Shown here in pieces: positions 17,953 through 28,373 of a DNA stretch of 64,000 bases (the stretch's first letter is position 1; each line of letters begins with the position of its first letter). Location of the stretch: the IMG/VR virus record IMGVR_UViG_3300035698_011757, positions 1,481 through 65,480 of that record; one strand, given 5' to 3'. The translations under genes were made by a program, and so were the position numbers. Below the pieces are notes generated by a model that made no database searches, was not told the DNA's origin, and saw only the letters and a program-made list of their open reading frames with translations. Origin of the DNA: a virus (taxonomy: Duplodnaviria > Caudoviricetes).

Positions 17953-19105
17953 AGAAGAGATGACGCCACTATCAGCGTCAAGAATTAAAGTCGCGCAATC
18001 ATGTTCTTGGTTATACTGGGGAAAATATAAACTAAAACTACCAGAAAAGGGAAATTCTGGATCTGGTCAAGGTTGGATTTGTCACTTAGTATTTGAATGT
18101 TTGGGAAACCCAAGGCACGAACATCACAAAAAAGAAATCGAAAGGACTGGCGATGTTAGAAGCGTTCCCGCCGTTCACAGAATGATGAGAAAGCACTCTG
18201 GATACTTAAATGTAAACGAAGACGAAAACTTCGACATTATGAACACTATGATCTTGAACGGGTTGCAGTATGACTTCTTTGGTGAAATGAGAAAGGTGGA
18301 TGGATCAAGACCAGACCATTCCATTTCTGAACAAAGCTTTGAGATAATCAAGGACGAAGGTTTTTACAAGAGGTATAGGGTGAGAGGTTCTATCGACAAA
18401 CTCTTTATGTATGAGAAAGAAAAGCTCGCTATCATTCGAGACTTCAAATCAAGCAAGAACACATTCGAAGGAAAAGATAAAACCGAAAACCTACAGGATC
18501 TTATTTATGCCCTAGCTGTAAAATATTTGTTTCCAGAATACGAAAGGATTCGCTCGGAGTTTATTTTCTTAAAGTTTCCATTGATCGAGGGGTTGTCTCA
18601 AAACAACGAAGATATTAAAAAGATTCAAGTGACAAATTACGCCGAAACATCAGAAGGTGAATTTGTAGAAGAGTATGATACGAAGCGCGGCGAACCACCA
18701 AGTGGAGCGATCTACATGGAGCATAGAAACCAAGCTCAAATGGACGGTCTTGAAGCTTATCTTTCAGAAATTCAAAGATATATCGACACTTTTGACGAAA
18801 AGAAGGCTAGAAGCAACTTTGCGAAAAAAAAAGGAATGCCTAAAGATAAATCGTTTTCTGGAAAACTTTTATGCGCTCCATATTGTAGTAAAAAAGGTCA
18901 AATAAAAAAAGACGGAACTGTGATGTGGCACTGCCCTTTAAGATTTCCTTTCGATTACTTTAAAATCGTAAACGAAGACGATGTAACCATAAAAACATTC
19001 TTCTTTGAAGATGTGGAAGATTTCGAAAAATATTTCGCTAAATTGGATCAAAAAAAACACTCCTTCACTATCGAAAGTTACGAAGGTTGCCCAGTTTGGA
19101 AATAA
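17942..19105 (+). CDS. PD-(D/E)XK RecB/Cas4-like exonuclease
   Basis: LSASRIK..CSW, RGSIDKL..IRDFKSSK, QDLIYALA, C-terminal Cys cluster. Confidence 0.85.
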   Translation: MSNKEEMTPLSASRIKVAQSCSWLYWGKYKLKLPEKGNSGSGQGWICHLVFECLGNPRHEHHKKEIERTGDVRSVPAVHRMMRKHSGYLNVNEDENFDIMNTMILNGLQYDFFGEMRKVDGSRPDHSISEQSFEIIKDEGFYKRYRVRGSIDKLFMYEKEKLAIIRDFKSSKNTFEGKDKTENLQDLIYALAVKYLFPEYERIRSEFIFLKFPLIEGLSQNNEDIKKIQVTNYAETSEGEFVEEYDTKRGEPPSGAIYMEHRNQAQMDGLEAYLSEIQRYIDTFDEKKARSNFAKKKGMPKDKSFSGKLLCAPYCSKKGQIKKDGTVMWHCPLRFPFDYFKIVNEDDVTIKTFFFEDVEDFEKYFAKLDQKKHSFTIESYEGCPVWK

Positions 19106-19109
19106 TATG

Positions 19110-19138
19110 TTGACAAGAGATGGGTTTTATGCTATCTT
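19110..19138 (+). promoter_or_regulatory. sigma70-like promoter, probably leaderless
   Basis: TTGACA-17 nt-TATCTT, 6 nt before ATG 19145. Confidence 0.65.
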
Positions 19139-19144
19139 ATTGTC

Positions 19145-19939
19145 ATGGTAATTCCAATCTTTAAAACAGACTGCTCGTTTGGTAAGAGCGTCTTAACAGA
19201 CGCTCACCCAAACAAAGTAAAAGAAGGCGGCGCGAATAGCGTATTTAAAATTGCAAAGGATAACGGTATGGAGCAATTATGCATCATCGAAGATTCTTTC
19301 GTTAGTTTTTTTAGCGCTCACAGAACAGCAAAAGACCTAGGCATTACCCTTGCTTATGGCATCTACTTTAAAATTGATGACCCTCAGAATGAAAAGCATT
19401 GGAGCAAGGTCGCTGTTGTAGCTAAAAACGATGCTGGACTAGAGCATCTTCGAAACCTATATTCTAAAATTCACACCAAAACCAGTGAAGACCCAAAGAA
19501 AAAAGGTCAACAAAAACCTAATCCAAAAATGACAAATGAAGAATTGCTAGCTTTTGGAAAAGAAGCTGGTAAAGATGTTCATATTTGCATTCCGTTTTAT
19601 GATTCATTCATTCATTGGAATATCGAAAACTTCACAGCTCTCACTATGGACTTTGGGGATCTAGATATTACATTTTTTCTAGATGACAAGGGACACTCTT
19701 TCGATGACTTAATCAGATCCAAGGTTCTTGAATATTGTAAAAACAATAAAATAAAAACTCAAGAAACTCACACAATTTACTACGAAAACGATAGTGACGT
19801 TACAAGCCTACAGGTCTACAAAATGATCTGTAGTAGAAGCTATTCTGGCAAAAAAGCTAGTTTGGGAAACCCAAACCTTGAGCATTTCTGCTCAAACCAG
19901 TTTAGTTTCGAATCATACAAAAAAAAGATCAATGGATAG
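19145..19939 (+). CDS. Stand-alone PHP domain of DNA polymerase III alpha
   Basis: FKTDCSFGKS, AKNDAGLEHL; the DnaE at 20612 lacks this N-terminal domain. Confidence 0.75.
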   Translation: MVIPIFKTDCSFGKSVLTDAHPNKVKEGGANSVFKIAKDNGMEQLCIIEDSFVSFFSAHRTAKDLGITLAYGIYFKIDDPQNEKHWSKVAVVAKNDAGLEHLRNLYSKIHTKTSEDPKKKGQQKPNPKMTNEELLAFGKEAGKDVHICIPFYDSFIHWNIENFTALTMDFGDLDITFFLDDKGHSFDDLIRSKVLEYCKNNKIKTQETHTIYYENDSDVTSLQVYKMICSRSYSGKKASLGNPNLEHFCSNQFSFESYKKKING

Positions 19940-20591
19940 GCAATTATTACGACACAAATACGGACAAATTTATATGGTGTTCGATACCGAGACAGAAGGA
20001 CTTAATTTGATTAACTCGCGACCTTGGCAATGTGCTTGGGCGTTAATTAAAGTTAATGTTGACGGGATCGAGATCATAAAAGATAATGACAGGCTAATTG
20101 CTTGGGACAAATTAAACATACCGACGTTTGTAAAAAAACTAACTGGTTTTAATCAAGTTAAATATAACAAGCTAAAAGAGCCTCCAGAGGACGTTTTTAA
20201 AGACTTCTGGGCTGATTTGACGAATCCAGACCACATTATCGTGGGACAGAACCTTTTAGGTTTTGATATTTACATGGTCAACGTTTGGCGTCGAATGATA
20301 GGTCTGCCTTCAGATTTTTCATACTGCAAAAATATCTTAGACACAAGAGCTTTAGCTATTGCTCATAAAACTGATGTAAAGTACAGAGAAATGTCTAAAG
20401 AAGATAGACTGTCTTGGCAATTTAAATTAATTAAAGGGTCAAGATTCAACAGAAAGTTAAAAGTTTCCCAAATTCAACTACTAAAGGACTTCGAAATCGA
20501 CTTTGTAGAGGCAATGCTACACGACGCCAAGTATGATAACTTGAAGTGTGCGGAGATTTTCGCCAAACTACTATACTGTTTGGAAATTTAA
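19932..20591 (+). CDS. DEDDh 3'-5' exonuclease (DnaQ/epsilon-like)
   Basis: VFDTETEGL, GQNLLGFD, LHDAKYD. Confidence 0.9.
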   Translation: MDRQLLRHKYGQIYMVFDTETEGLNLINSRPWQCAWALIKVNVDGIEIIKDNDRLIAWDKLNIPTFVKKLTGFNQVKYNKLKEPPEDVFKDFWADLTNPDHIIVGQNLLGFDIYMVNVWRRMIGLPSDFSYCKNILDTRALAIAHKTDVKYREMSKEDRLSWQFKLIKGSRFNRKLKVSQIQLLKDFEIDFVEAMLHDAKYDNLKCAEIFAKLLYCLEI

Positions 20592-20611
20592 AAACAAAAA
20601 TACAATAAAAT

Positions 20612-22393
20612 ATGACAACATTCATGAATGATTGTGAGGGATACATAGAACCATACCCAGTTGGAGTTCTACTTCCTAGCATTAAAATAACCGAAAAGGA
20701 CAAAGCTCAGAATGAAGTTTCTGGAGAAATGACCAATGCCGAGTTTCTGCGAGCTGTTTGCAGAAAAAAGTTTAAAGATTTAAAAATCGACCAAAAACCA
20801 AACTCAAAAGATTACGCTGACAGAATTAAAATGGAACTAGGCATCTTTGAAGAGCTTGACTTCGTAGACTATATTTTGCTTAACTGGGATATTATTGGAA
20901 AATCAAAAGAAAAAGGCATTCCAATTGGTGCTGGTCGTGGTTCAGCCGCAGGTTCGTTGGTTCTTTATCTTCTAGGGGTCACAGCTATTGACAGCCTCAA
21001 GCACGAACTGTTCTTCGAAAGATTCGTGTCAAGATCGAGAGCGCGAAAGATCGAGCATAATGGCGTCACATATCTAGATGGAGGCTTATTGCCCGATGTT
21101 GATAATGATATTGCTTACGACAGACGACAAGAGGTTATTGATTATGTTGAAACCGAATATGCTGGACGAACAGCAAAAATATTAACAATCAACACATTAA
21201 CAGGAAAACTTTGCATTAAAGAGTGTGGAAAGATTGTTGCAGAACTATCAGAGGAAGATGTAAACGAAATTAGTTCGTCTATTCCAAAAAATGGTGGATC
21301 AGTGTTTCCACTAGCAGAAGCTTACGAGGAAAGCCTTAAATTTCAAGGATTTATGGATGACCACCCAGAAGTGTTTAGAATCGCAAAAACACTAGAAGGG
21401 CTAAAAAAGAACTTCGGTGTTCACCCAAGCGGAATCGCTATTTCAAGACAAGATATTAAAGAGGTAATGCCTTTGCAGTTGACAGGAGATTGTGAGATCG
21501 TCACAGGTTACGACATGAGAGCTGTGGCGGAGCTTGTTGTTAAGTTTGATGTTCTAGGTCTAAGAACCCTATCTGTCGTTTACGACACGTTAAAACAAGT
21601 AGGATTGAAGCTAGAAAACATAGATGTAAACGACGAATGTATCTATAGACATTTGCAAACACTAAAAGATCCACAAGGATTATTTCAGATTGAAGCTGAC
21701 ACAAACTTTAGGGTTTGTCAGTTGGTAAGACCTATGAATTTAGAGCATTTAAGTGCCATTTTAGCACTAGCGAGGCCCGGGGCCTTGGATTATGTGGAAG
21801 ACTTCGTAAAGTATAGGGATACAGGGGAATCTCAACTCAAGCACGAAATCTTTAAGGACGTTTTAGACTACACTGGAGGCACTGCGCTTTACCAAGAACA
21901 GTTGATGAAAATGGCAAACAATATCGGCTTTTCGTTAGACGAATCAGAAATGCTTCGAAGAGTAACGGCTAAGAAAAAACCAGAAGAGGTTAAAAAGTGG
22001 AAAGGTTTAATTAAAGACAAAGTAAAAGAAAACAACCTAGACGAAGAAGTGGGAGATATTCTATGGAAAGTCGCGGAAGATTCTGCAAATTATAGCTTTA
22101 ATAAATGCTTGGCTTTAGATACTATAGTAGAAACGGAGCATGATTTTAAAATGATGTATGAAATATCTAAAGGTGATTTCATAAAAGCTTACGACGTAGA
22201 TGGCGACAAAAATATCCTTGTTGAAGTTTTAGATATAATTAACGGACAGAAAGAGCTTTTTGAATTCGAAATGTTCGACGGAAACACAGTAACATGCTCA
22301 ATGGATCATAAATTTTTATGCAGTCACGATAAAAAAATGCACCCAATTAGAAATATTATAGAGAATGATTGGGAAATAGTGTGTAATAGTTAG
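20612..22393 (+). CDS. dnaE: DNA polymerase III alpha, N-part, with N-terminal split intein half (22106-22393)
   Basis: GAGRGSAAGSLV, FERF, PDVDND, HPSG, KFDVLGL, YQEQ, YSFNK|CLALDT..CSMDHKF. Confidence 0.95.
   Translation: MTTFMNDCEGYIEPYPVGVLLPSIKITEKDKAQNEVSGEMTNAEFLRAVCRKKFKDLKIDQKPNSKDYADRIKMELGIFEELDFVDYILLNWDIIGKSKEKGIPIGAGRGSAAGSLVLYLLGVTAIDSLKHELFFERFVSRSRARKIEHNGVTYLDGGLLPDVDNDIAYDRRQEVIDYVETEYAGRTAKILTINTLTGKLCIKECGKIVAELSEEDVNEISSSIPKNGGSVFPLAEAYEESLKFQGFMDDHPEVFRIAKTLEGLKKNFGVHPSGIAISRQDIKEVMPLQLTGDCEIVTGYDMRAVAELVVKFDVLGLRTLSVVYDTLKQVGLKLENIDVNDECIYRHLQTLKDPQGLFQIEADTNFRVCQLVRPMNLEHLSAILALARPGALDYVEDFVKYRDTGESQLKHEIFKDVLDYTGGTALYQEQLMKMANNIGFSLDESEMLRRVTAKKKPEEVKKWKGLIKDKVKENNLDEEVGDILWKVAEDSANYSFNKCLALDTIVETEHDFKMMYEISKGDFIKAYDVDGDKNILVEVLDIINGQKELFEFEMFDGNTVTCSMDHKFLCSHDKKMHPIRNIIENDWEIVCNS
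22381..22386 (+). promoter_or_regulatory. GTGTAA motif before the free-standing endonuclease
   Basis: 8 nt before ATG 22395. Confidence 0.6.
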
Positions 22394-22394
22394 T

Positions 22395-23348
22395 ATGCTA
22401 TCTATTAAAATACAAGATTTTAAAAAAATCATTCCAACAAGCATGTTCGAAAATTGCCTACTAGACAATGTTTCAAAAAAAGATATAATAAATAAATTTC
22501 CAACTAGAGATGGAGGAGCTTATTATTTAGATAAATTCGAGAACCATTTAATTGAAAATCACAACATAGATTTAAAAAAATACATAAAAGAATTCTTAAA
22601 TGAGGACTACCCAAAATGCCCAGTCACAAATAAAGACGTTGGCTTTGTCAAAAATGGAAAGGGGGTAGTTTTTTCAACTAGAGCTAGAGGGTCCGTGACC
22701 AAAGATAGTTGCGAAAACTTTAAAATAGCTTGCGAAAAATTATCTAAAGAAAGAATGGGGGATAAAAATCCAATGTTCGGAAGAATACCTTGGAATAAAG
22801 GGAGTGAAGAATGGGCTAAAGAAGTGTCTAAAAGATTCAAAGGGAAGCCGCTCTCAGAAGATCATAAAAAAAAGCTATCTGAATCTGCAAAAGTTAGGGA
22901 GGTTCACGGAAACACTGGAAACAAACATTCTGAGGAATCAAAACAAAAAATGAGAATAGCCACAGCGAAGAGGTTAAAAAAGGGAGATTTCAACAAAACT
23001 TCAAAAATACAAATAAAAGTGAGAGAGTTTTTGCAAACCCTAGACCTAAAAGAGCCTTTTGAAGAAGAGTTTCATTTAAAATATTATTCTCTTGACTTTG
23101 GTTTTAAAACAGCTAAACTAGCTATTGAAGTTCAAGGTCAGTATTTTAATATAGATCCTAGATTTTACCCAAACGGAGCAGAAGACGCTATTCAAAGAAG
23201 GAACTCTGGAAGAGATAAAGCTAAAAGATCTTTTTTGAAAAATAAAGGATGGCACATGGAGGAAGTGTGGGAAAAAGAAATAAATGAAAACAAATTCAAA
23301 CAACAAATACTATGTATTCTACAAAAATTAAATATTTTAAATCAATAG
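22395..23348 (+). CDS. Free-standing homing endonuclease (NUMOD3 repeats + Vsr/DUF559-like domain) between split intein halves
   Basis: KNPMFGRIPWNKG, HSEESKQKMR, YSLDFG..AIEVQGQY..RDKAK..VWE. Confidence 0.88.
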   Translation: MLSIKIQDFKKIIPTSMFENCLLDNVSKKDIINKFPTRDGGAYYLDKFENHLIENHNIDLKKYIKEFLNEDYPKCPVTNKDVGFVKNGKGVVFSTRARGSVTKDSCENFKIACEKLSKERMGDKNPMFGRIPWNKGSEEWAKEVSKRFKGKPLSEDHKKKLSESAKVREVHGNTGNKHSEESKQKMRIATAKRLKKGDFNKTSKIQIKVREFLQTLDLKEPFEEEFHLKYYSLDFGFKTAKLAIEVQGQYFNIDPRFYPNGAEDAIQRRNSGRDKAKRSFLKNKGWHMEEVWEKEINENKFKQQILCILQKLNILNQ

Positions 23349-24496
23349 GGACAAAACCTACGATAGATTTCGAAGTAAATCACAAAGATCATAACTTTTA
23401 CGCACATGGGTTAGTTACATCAAACTCTCACTCAATTTCCTATGCTTATCTATCCGCTTATACGGTCTGGTTAAAAGTCAATTATCCGCAACAATTCTAT
23501 GTGAGTTTATTAAAGATGGCTAAAAGTGAACCAGATCCATATTCTGAAATCCAAAAAGTTTCCCAAGAATTATCTAGAGGTGATGTAAAACTACTCCGAC
23601 CAGACTTAATGAAATCTAACATGGACTTCTCAGTAGAGGGAAAAGATATTAGATTCGGTCTTAATTGCATTAAAGGCGTTGCTGAGAAAACTCTAAAAGC
23701 TTTAGTTGAATTAAGAAGCTCTGAAATAAAAAACAAGTTCGACTTATTTTCATGCGCCAAAGAGGCTGGCTTAAATATTGGAGTCTTTTCTGCTTTAATC
23801 TACGCTGGTGCGTTAGATCAAATAAAATTAGATTCAAAATCAAGATGTTACTTAGCTTTAGAAGCTCAAGCTTTCAATATATTGACTGATAGAGAAAAGA
23901 GATTGTTCTACGATTTCGGAGAGGAATTCGAATATATGATCTTAGATATGATCAAAGAATCGCAGGATGAAATGCTAAAAGACGAAAACGGAAAAAGAAT
24001 TATGAAAGATTCAAGATTTGAAACTTTTAAAAAGAAGTTTGTAAACTATAAAGCAATCTATGCACAAAACATCAAGAAGCAAGACTTTGCTCATTGGTAT
24101 TTTGAAAACTCTTTGCTTGGTTATTCTTACTCAAAGCCACTAAGAGAGCTAATGAAAGATAAAAGTTTAATGAGCATCGAAGAGGTGGATAAGATGGATG
24201 GTTGTAAAGTAAATATAGTCGCAAGTATCTCAGACACAAAGAGAGCCAAAGCTCAAGCTAGTGGAAATCTTTATTATAGAATGGATATTCATGATGAGAC
24301 AGGAAATTGCTCTTGCATGCTAATGGATAACAAACGAAGAAAGAACTTGACTATTTACGAAGATTCTGGTAAGGTTCTGCCAGAAAAGGGAGGAATCATA
24401 AAGATTCAAGGGTCAAAATCGGGAGATATGATCTTTGTAGACTCAATCGACATAATCGACAGAGACGTTTTCCTCAAATTCAGCGAAATGAAATAA
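23312..24496 (+). CDS. dnaE: DNA polymerase III alpha, C-part, with C-terminal split intein half (23312-23425)
   Basis: TIDFEV..HNFYAHGLVTSN|SHSISY..WLKVNYP, IRFGLNCIKGV, OB-fold-like tail. Confidence 0.95.
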   Translation: MYSTKIKYFKSIGTKPTIDFEVNHKDHNFYAHGLVTSNSHSISYAYLSAYTVWLKVNYPQQFYVSLLKMAKSEPDPYSEIQKVSQELSRGDVKLLRPDLMKSNMDFSVEGKDIRFGLNCIKGVAEKTLKALVELRSSEIKNKFDLFSCAKEAGLNIGVFSALIYAGALDQIKLDSKSRCYLALEAQAFNILTDREKRLFYDFGEEFEYMILDMIKESQDEMLKDENGKRIMKDSRFETFKKKFVNYKAIYAQNIKKQDFAHWYFENSLLGYSYSKPLRELMKDKSLMSIEEVDKMDGCKVNIVASISDTKRAKAQASGNLYYRMDIHDETGNCSCMLMDNKRRKNLTIYEDSGKVLPEKGGIIKIQGSKSGDMIFVDSIDIIDRDVFLKFSEMK

Positions 24497-24502
24497 AAAA
24501 TA

Positions 24503-27073
24503 ATGCAAAACCACAAATTAACGCCATTAACTAAAAAGATCCTATCAGACGCCACTACAGAAGCCTCGCACTTAGGCAACAAAGAAGTAAACCTATTGTT
24601 TTTAACTTTAGGTATAGTGTCTCAAAATTCAGACTGTTTGCATTTAGATCTATTGACCGAATTGGGGGTTAATTTAAACCAATTAGAGTTAAACGTGAGA
24701 GCTTGCTGCGACGAATACGTTATCAGTAATGCAAAAAAAGACGGCAACAAATCCACAAAACCAATCAAAAGGTCTGAAGTAAGAATATCAAAATCCACAA
24801 AAAGTGTTATCGACACGGCGTTCAAGCTTGCCGAGAGTCATGGAGTGGACGAAGTTTCTCCAGACTACTTAATGTGCGCTCTTTTAAATTCTTCAGCACA
24901 GGCTTTTCTAGACGACTTGTTTACTCCTTACGGATTTAATTGTGGATACGCTTACGGAATGATTGCTTATGCAATTAAAGCCATCTTCGACAAAAGCGAA
25001 GGTAGGGAGCCTATGGACGAACAGGATCATAACGACGAACAGTCACTAGATCAATTTTTAGTTAAAGAAGTTGAAGTTTCAGCATCAAATAAAGAGAACA
25101 AAATGAAAGAAAGGCAAACTCCTTTAGAAAAGTATGGAACAAACCTAACCAAACAAGCTAAAGACGGTTATATTGAACCAGTCTTTGGTAGAGATGAAGA
25201 GATTTTAGCTCTCGTTGAAATCTTACTAAGGAAGAAAAAGTCAAATCCAATGATTCTTGGTGAAGCTGGGGTTGGAAAGACAGCCCTTGTTGAAGGACTA
25301 GCCCTTTCCTTAACGCAGGACTGCGGAAAATTCTCGGACTTGCTTTCGAATGTTCAGATTATTTCTATTGATTTAGCTAAAATTGTAGCTGGAACTAAAT
25401 ATCGCGGTCAGTTCGAAGAAAGGATGGACGAGATTATTGCCGAAGTTGAAGATTTGGAAAAAAACGACAAGAGAATAATCTTATTTATTGATGAAGTTCA
25501 TATGCTCACGGCGTCTGGAGATTCAGAATCGGGAATGGACGGCGCAAACATACTAAAGCCAGCGCTCGCAAAAGGCATCGTGACATGTATTGGAGCTACA
25601 ACATTTAAAGAATATAAGAAAACATTCGAAAAGGATGCGGCGCTAGAGCGTAGGTTCGAAATCGTTATGTTAGAAGAGCCATCTAAAGAAGAAACTTTAA
25701 AAATCTTAACTAGAGTAGCAAAAACATACGAAGAACACCACTTGGTTGAATATCCGAAAGAGGTACTAAAGAACATTGTTGACCTTACGGATACATATAT
25801 TAACGATAAGCATTTTCCAGACAAAGCTATTGATATTCTTGACCAAGTCGGAGCTACTGTAACAAATAAAGCCTTCACAAAGCCAAAAAAAGTTAGGGAC
25901 GCACAAAAGAAAATTAGGAATTTCTACGACTCCGAGTATGGAAATATAGAAGATGAGAAAGCTTTTAACGTTGCTCTAGAAAAAATGGAAAAGCTAGAAT
26001 TAAACTCGTTAGCTGATTATAAAACCTACGCAGATAAATTTTTAGAGAATAAACAAGTCGTCACAGAAGATGATATTGTTGATGTTATCGCAAAGAAGAC
26101 TAAAATTCCAAAAGACAAGATAAAAAGCTCTGGCTTCGACAGGATCTCGTCTTTAGAGTCTGGTATCAATAGTATAGTGTTTGGGCAAGAAAACGCCATA
26201 CAGAGAGTCTGTGACGCAATTCAAGTATCGTACTTAGGTTTATCGCATCCAAGAAAGCCTATTGCTTCATTTTTGTTTGCAGGAACTACTGGCGTAGGGA
26301 AAACATACCTAGCAAAACAGCTATCTTCTCATATGTTCGGAACGGAAGATAAAATGATCAGATTCGACATGTCAGAATTCTCAGATAAGACTTCTGGAAG
26401 CAAACTTATAGGTGCGGATCCAGGATATGTAGGTTATGAAGAGGGAGGATTATTAATCGAACAGGTCAAAAAAAACCCTTCATGCGTCATATTGTTTGAC
26501 GAAATCGAAAAGAGTCACGATTCTGTTAAGAACGTTCTTTTGCAGATCCTAGATGATGGTCGACTCACTGACAATACAGGAAAGACGGTTAGTTTTAAAA
26601 ACTGCATTGTAATCCTTACAACTAACGCTGGAAGCACTCAAGAGCTTGATAAGGGCATCGGAATGATTAAAAATTCTGAGTCCACAATGAACAAAAACAG
26701 AGAAAAGGCTATCAAACAAGCCTTCGCTCCAGAGTTTATTAGTCGAGTTTCTGATATTATATTCTTTAATTCATTGGATGAGGCTAGTATGAAGCGTGTA
26801 GCGAACAAAGAATTAACCGAAATCAAGAAAATTATCAAAGAAAAGCACGATATTAACTTAACATTTCCCAAAAGTTTGTTAAACTACCTTATCAAAGAGG
26901 ATAGTGTGCAGGCTGGAGCAAGATCTGTAATCAATAAGATCAACAAACAACTCAAGCCTTCTTTAGTCAAGCATGTGTTTGAGGCTAAGAAAAACGGCAC
27001 AAAATCCCTATCGGTAACAGAAAAAAATAACAAAATACTAATAAAAACAAATGACAAAGCAAAAGCAAAATAA
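24503..27073 (+). CDS. ClpA/ClpC-type Hsp100 ATPase
   Basis: Clp N domain, GEAGVGKT, AGTKYRGQFEER, FIDEVH, PDKAID, GTTGVGKT, FDEIEK, IGM loop. Confidence 0.95.
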   Translation: MQNHKLTPLTKKILSDATTEASHLGNKEVNLLFLTLGIVSQNSDCLHLDLLTELGVNLNQLELNVRACCDEYVISNAKKDGNKSTKPIKRSEVRISKSTKSVIDTAFKLAESHGVDEVSPDYLMCALLNSSAQAFLDDLFTPYGFNCGYAYGMIAYAIKAIFDKSEGREPMDEQDHNDEQSLDQFLVKEVEVSASNKENKMKERQTPLEKYGTNLTKQAKDGYIEPVFGRDEEILALVEILLRKKKSNPMILGEAGVGKTALVEGLALSLTQDCGKFSDLLSNVQIISIDLAKIVAGTKYRGQFEERMDEIIAEVEDLEKNDKRIILFIDEVHMLTASGDSESGMDGANILKPALAKGIVTCIGATTFKEYKKTFEKDAALERRFEIVMLEEPSKEETLKILTRVAKTYEEHHLVEYPKEVLKNIVDLTDTYINDKHFPDKAIDILDQVGATVTNKAFTKPKKVRDAQKKIRNFYDSEYGNIEDEKAFNVALEKMEKLELNSLADYKTYADKFLENKQVVTEDDIVDVIAKKTKIPKDKIKSSGFDRISSLESGINSIVFGQENAIQRVCDAIQVSYLGLSHPRKPIASFLFAGTTGVGKTYLAKQLSSHMFGTEDKMIRFDMSEFSDKTSGSKLIGADPGYVGYEEGGLLIEQVKKNPSCVILFDEIEKSHDSVKNVLLQILDDGRLTDNTGKTVSFKNCIVILTTNAGSTQELDKGIGMIKNSESTMNKNREKAIKQAFAPEFISRVSDIIFFNSLDEASMKRVANKELTEIKKIIKEKHDINLTFPKSLLNYLIKEDSVQAGARSVINKINKQLKPSLVKHVFEAKKNGTKSLSVTEKNNKILIKTNDKAKAK

Positions 27074-27275
27074 ACTAACAAAAGTTCTAGCCACAACAGG
27101 GGGTAGATTCTTCGGTATCGTAATGAAGCAGGGCAATATTTATAATGCTCAACTACGAGGGCATACGGATCATTTTATCACATTCCGTGATAATAACACA
27201 AACGACGAAGTTAAAGTAGCCAAAAAGAGTGTTTCTACAATCTCAATCGGCGGAGCGGTAGCATTTAAAGCTTAA
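27051..27275 (+). CDS. Hypothetical protein
   Basis: 74 aa ORF coupled to the clp gene. Confidence 0.65.
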   Translation: MTKQKQNKLTKVLATTGGRFFGIVMKQGNIYNAQLRGHTDHFITFRDNNTNDEVKVAKKSVSTISIGGAVAFKA

Positions 27276-27280
27276 TTAAA

Positions 27281-28357
27281 ATGAGTGGATTTTCAAAAAT
27301 AATCCACCTCGCACACAGTTTACCCTCACCCCGCGACGAAACGTGGGCTGGGGGTGAAAATGTTTCAGAGGTGTTTGTTAGAAATCTTTTAAAGGAATTT
27401 ATAGATGATAGCGAAAAAGTAACTATAGATAGTTATAAGCTTCCATTTTTAGGCATACCAGAAGTTACATTAACAATCAACGAAAAAAAGTTCATCCTAA
27501 AGCTCCCAATAGATAAAGATGATAAAAAAACACTATCTGAAGAGGCTTCTTTTTTAAATTTATTTCAGACAGAGGATTCAAAAGACCCTGTAGTTCAATT
27601 AATGTGTCATGAAAATGGAAAATATTCTTTATTTACGTGTGATGAAAATTCCTCCCTATGGAATGAAAATCATGTTGATAGAAGTTTATACTCACACTCA
27701 GACATTAAGAAGGTGCTAGTTTCAACTATATCCAATCTTCATAGAAGACCTTCTAAAAAAACACCAGCAAAATCTGTCGATAAAAAAAACATCGACTTCT
27801 TTTACAAAGAGGGGGAGAAGGTTCTTTCTACGTTAAGCTCTTCAGCGGCAAGGCTATTTACGAGCTTGTATAAAAAACCTTTAGAAAGAATAACCACAAG
27901 CCAAAAAGAATCTGGTCTTAAAAAGGTATTTAATTTAGGGGGATTTTCCAACCAGAGCTTATTATCAAAAAAAGACCCGCAATCAAGATCAATTAGAGAT
28001 GTGGAGTTTAAGTTTAAAAACTTGTATTCCATAAATTTAGATTACCCTCTTGTAGATCTTGTATTCTTGCTTTTAGATAAGGGAATTTATATTGGCAACG
28101 AGGAGTCTTTAACTGTTGTCGTTGAAGCTTACAATGAAGATTCAAAAAACAAAATATCAGCAAAGCAAATTGTAGAACTTAAAGATGATTTCTTAAAACT
28201 ATACCTTGCTCGCGACCTAGCATTTCTTTGTTTAGACATGAATAAAAAAGCTTGCATATTCAATTTTGTTGATACATGTGGAATTTATCAGTTAAATTCA
28301 AGGGCAATCAAAAAATACTGCGAAATTATAGAAAAATTTGTGGATAAAACCTACTAG
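27281..28357 (+). CDS. Hypothetical protein, possibly divergent phosphotransferase/kinase fold
   Basis: FILK..E..FL, LH, P..DL pattern, but no clear catalytic HxD. Confidence 0.5.
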   Translation: MSGFSKIIHLAHSLPSPRDETWAGGENVSEVFVRNLLKEFIDDSEKVTIDSYKLPFLGIPEVTLTINEKKFILKLPIDKDDKKTLSEEASFLNLFQTEDSKDPVVQLMCHENGKYSLFTCDENSSLWNENHVDRSLYSHSDIKKVLVSTISNLHRRPSKKTPAKSVDKKNIDFFYKEGEKVLSTLSSSAARLFTSLYKKPLERITTSQKESGLKKVFNLGGFSNQSLLSKKDPQSRSIRDVEFKFKNLYSINLDYPLVDLVFLLLDKGIYIGNEESLTVVVEAYNEDSKNKISAKQIVELKDDFLKLYLARDLAFLCLDMNKKACIFNFVDTCGIYQLNSRAIKKYCEIIEKFVDKTY

Positions 28358-28373
28358 AACGCTATAATAAAGC

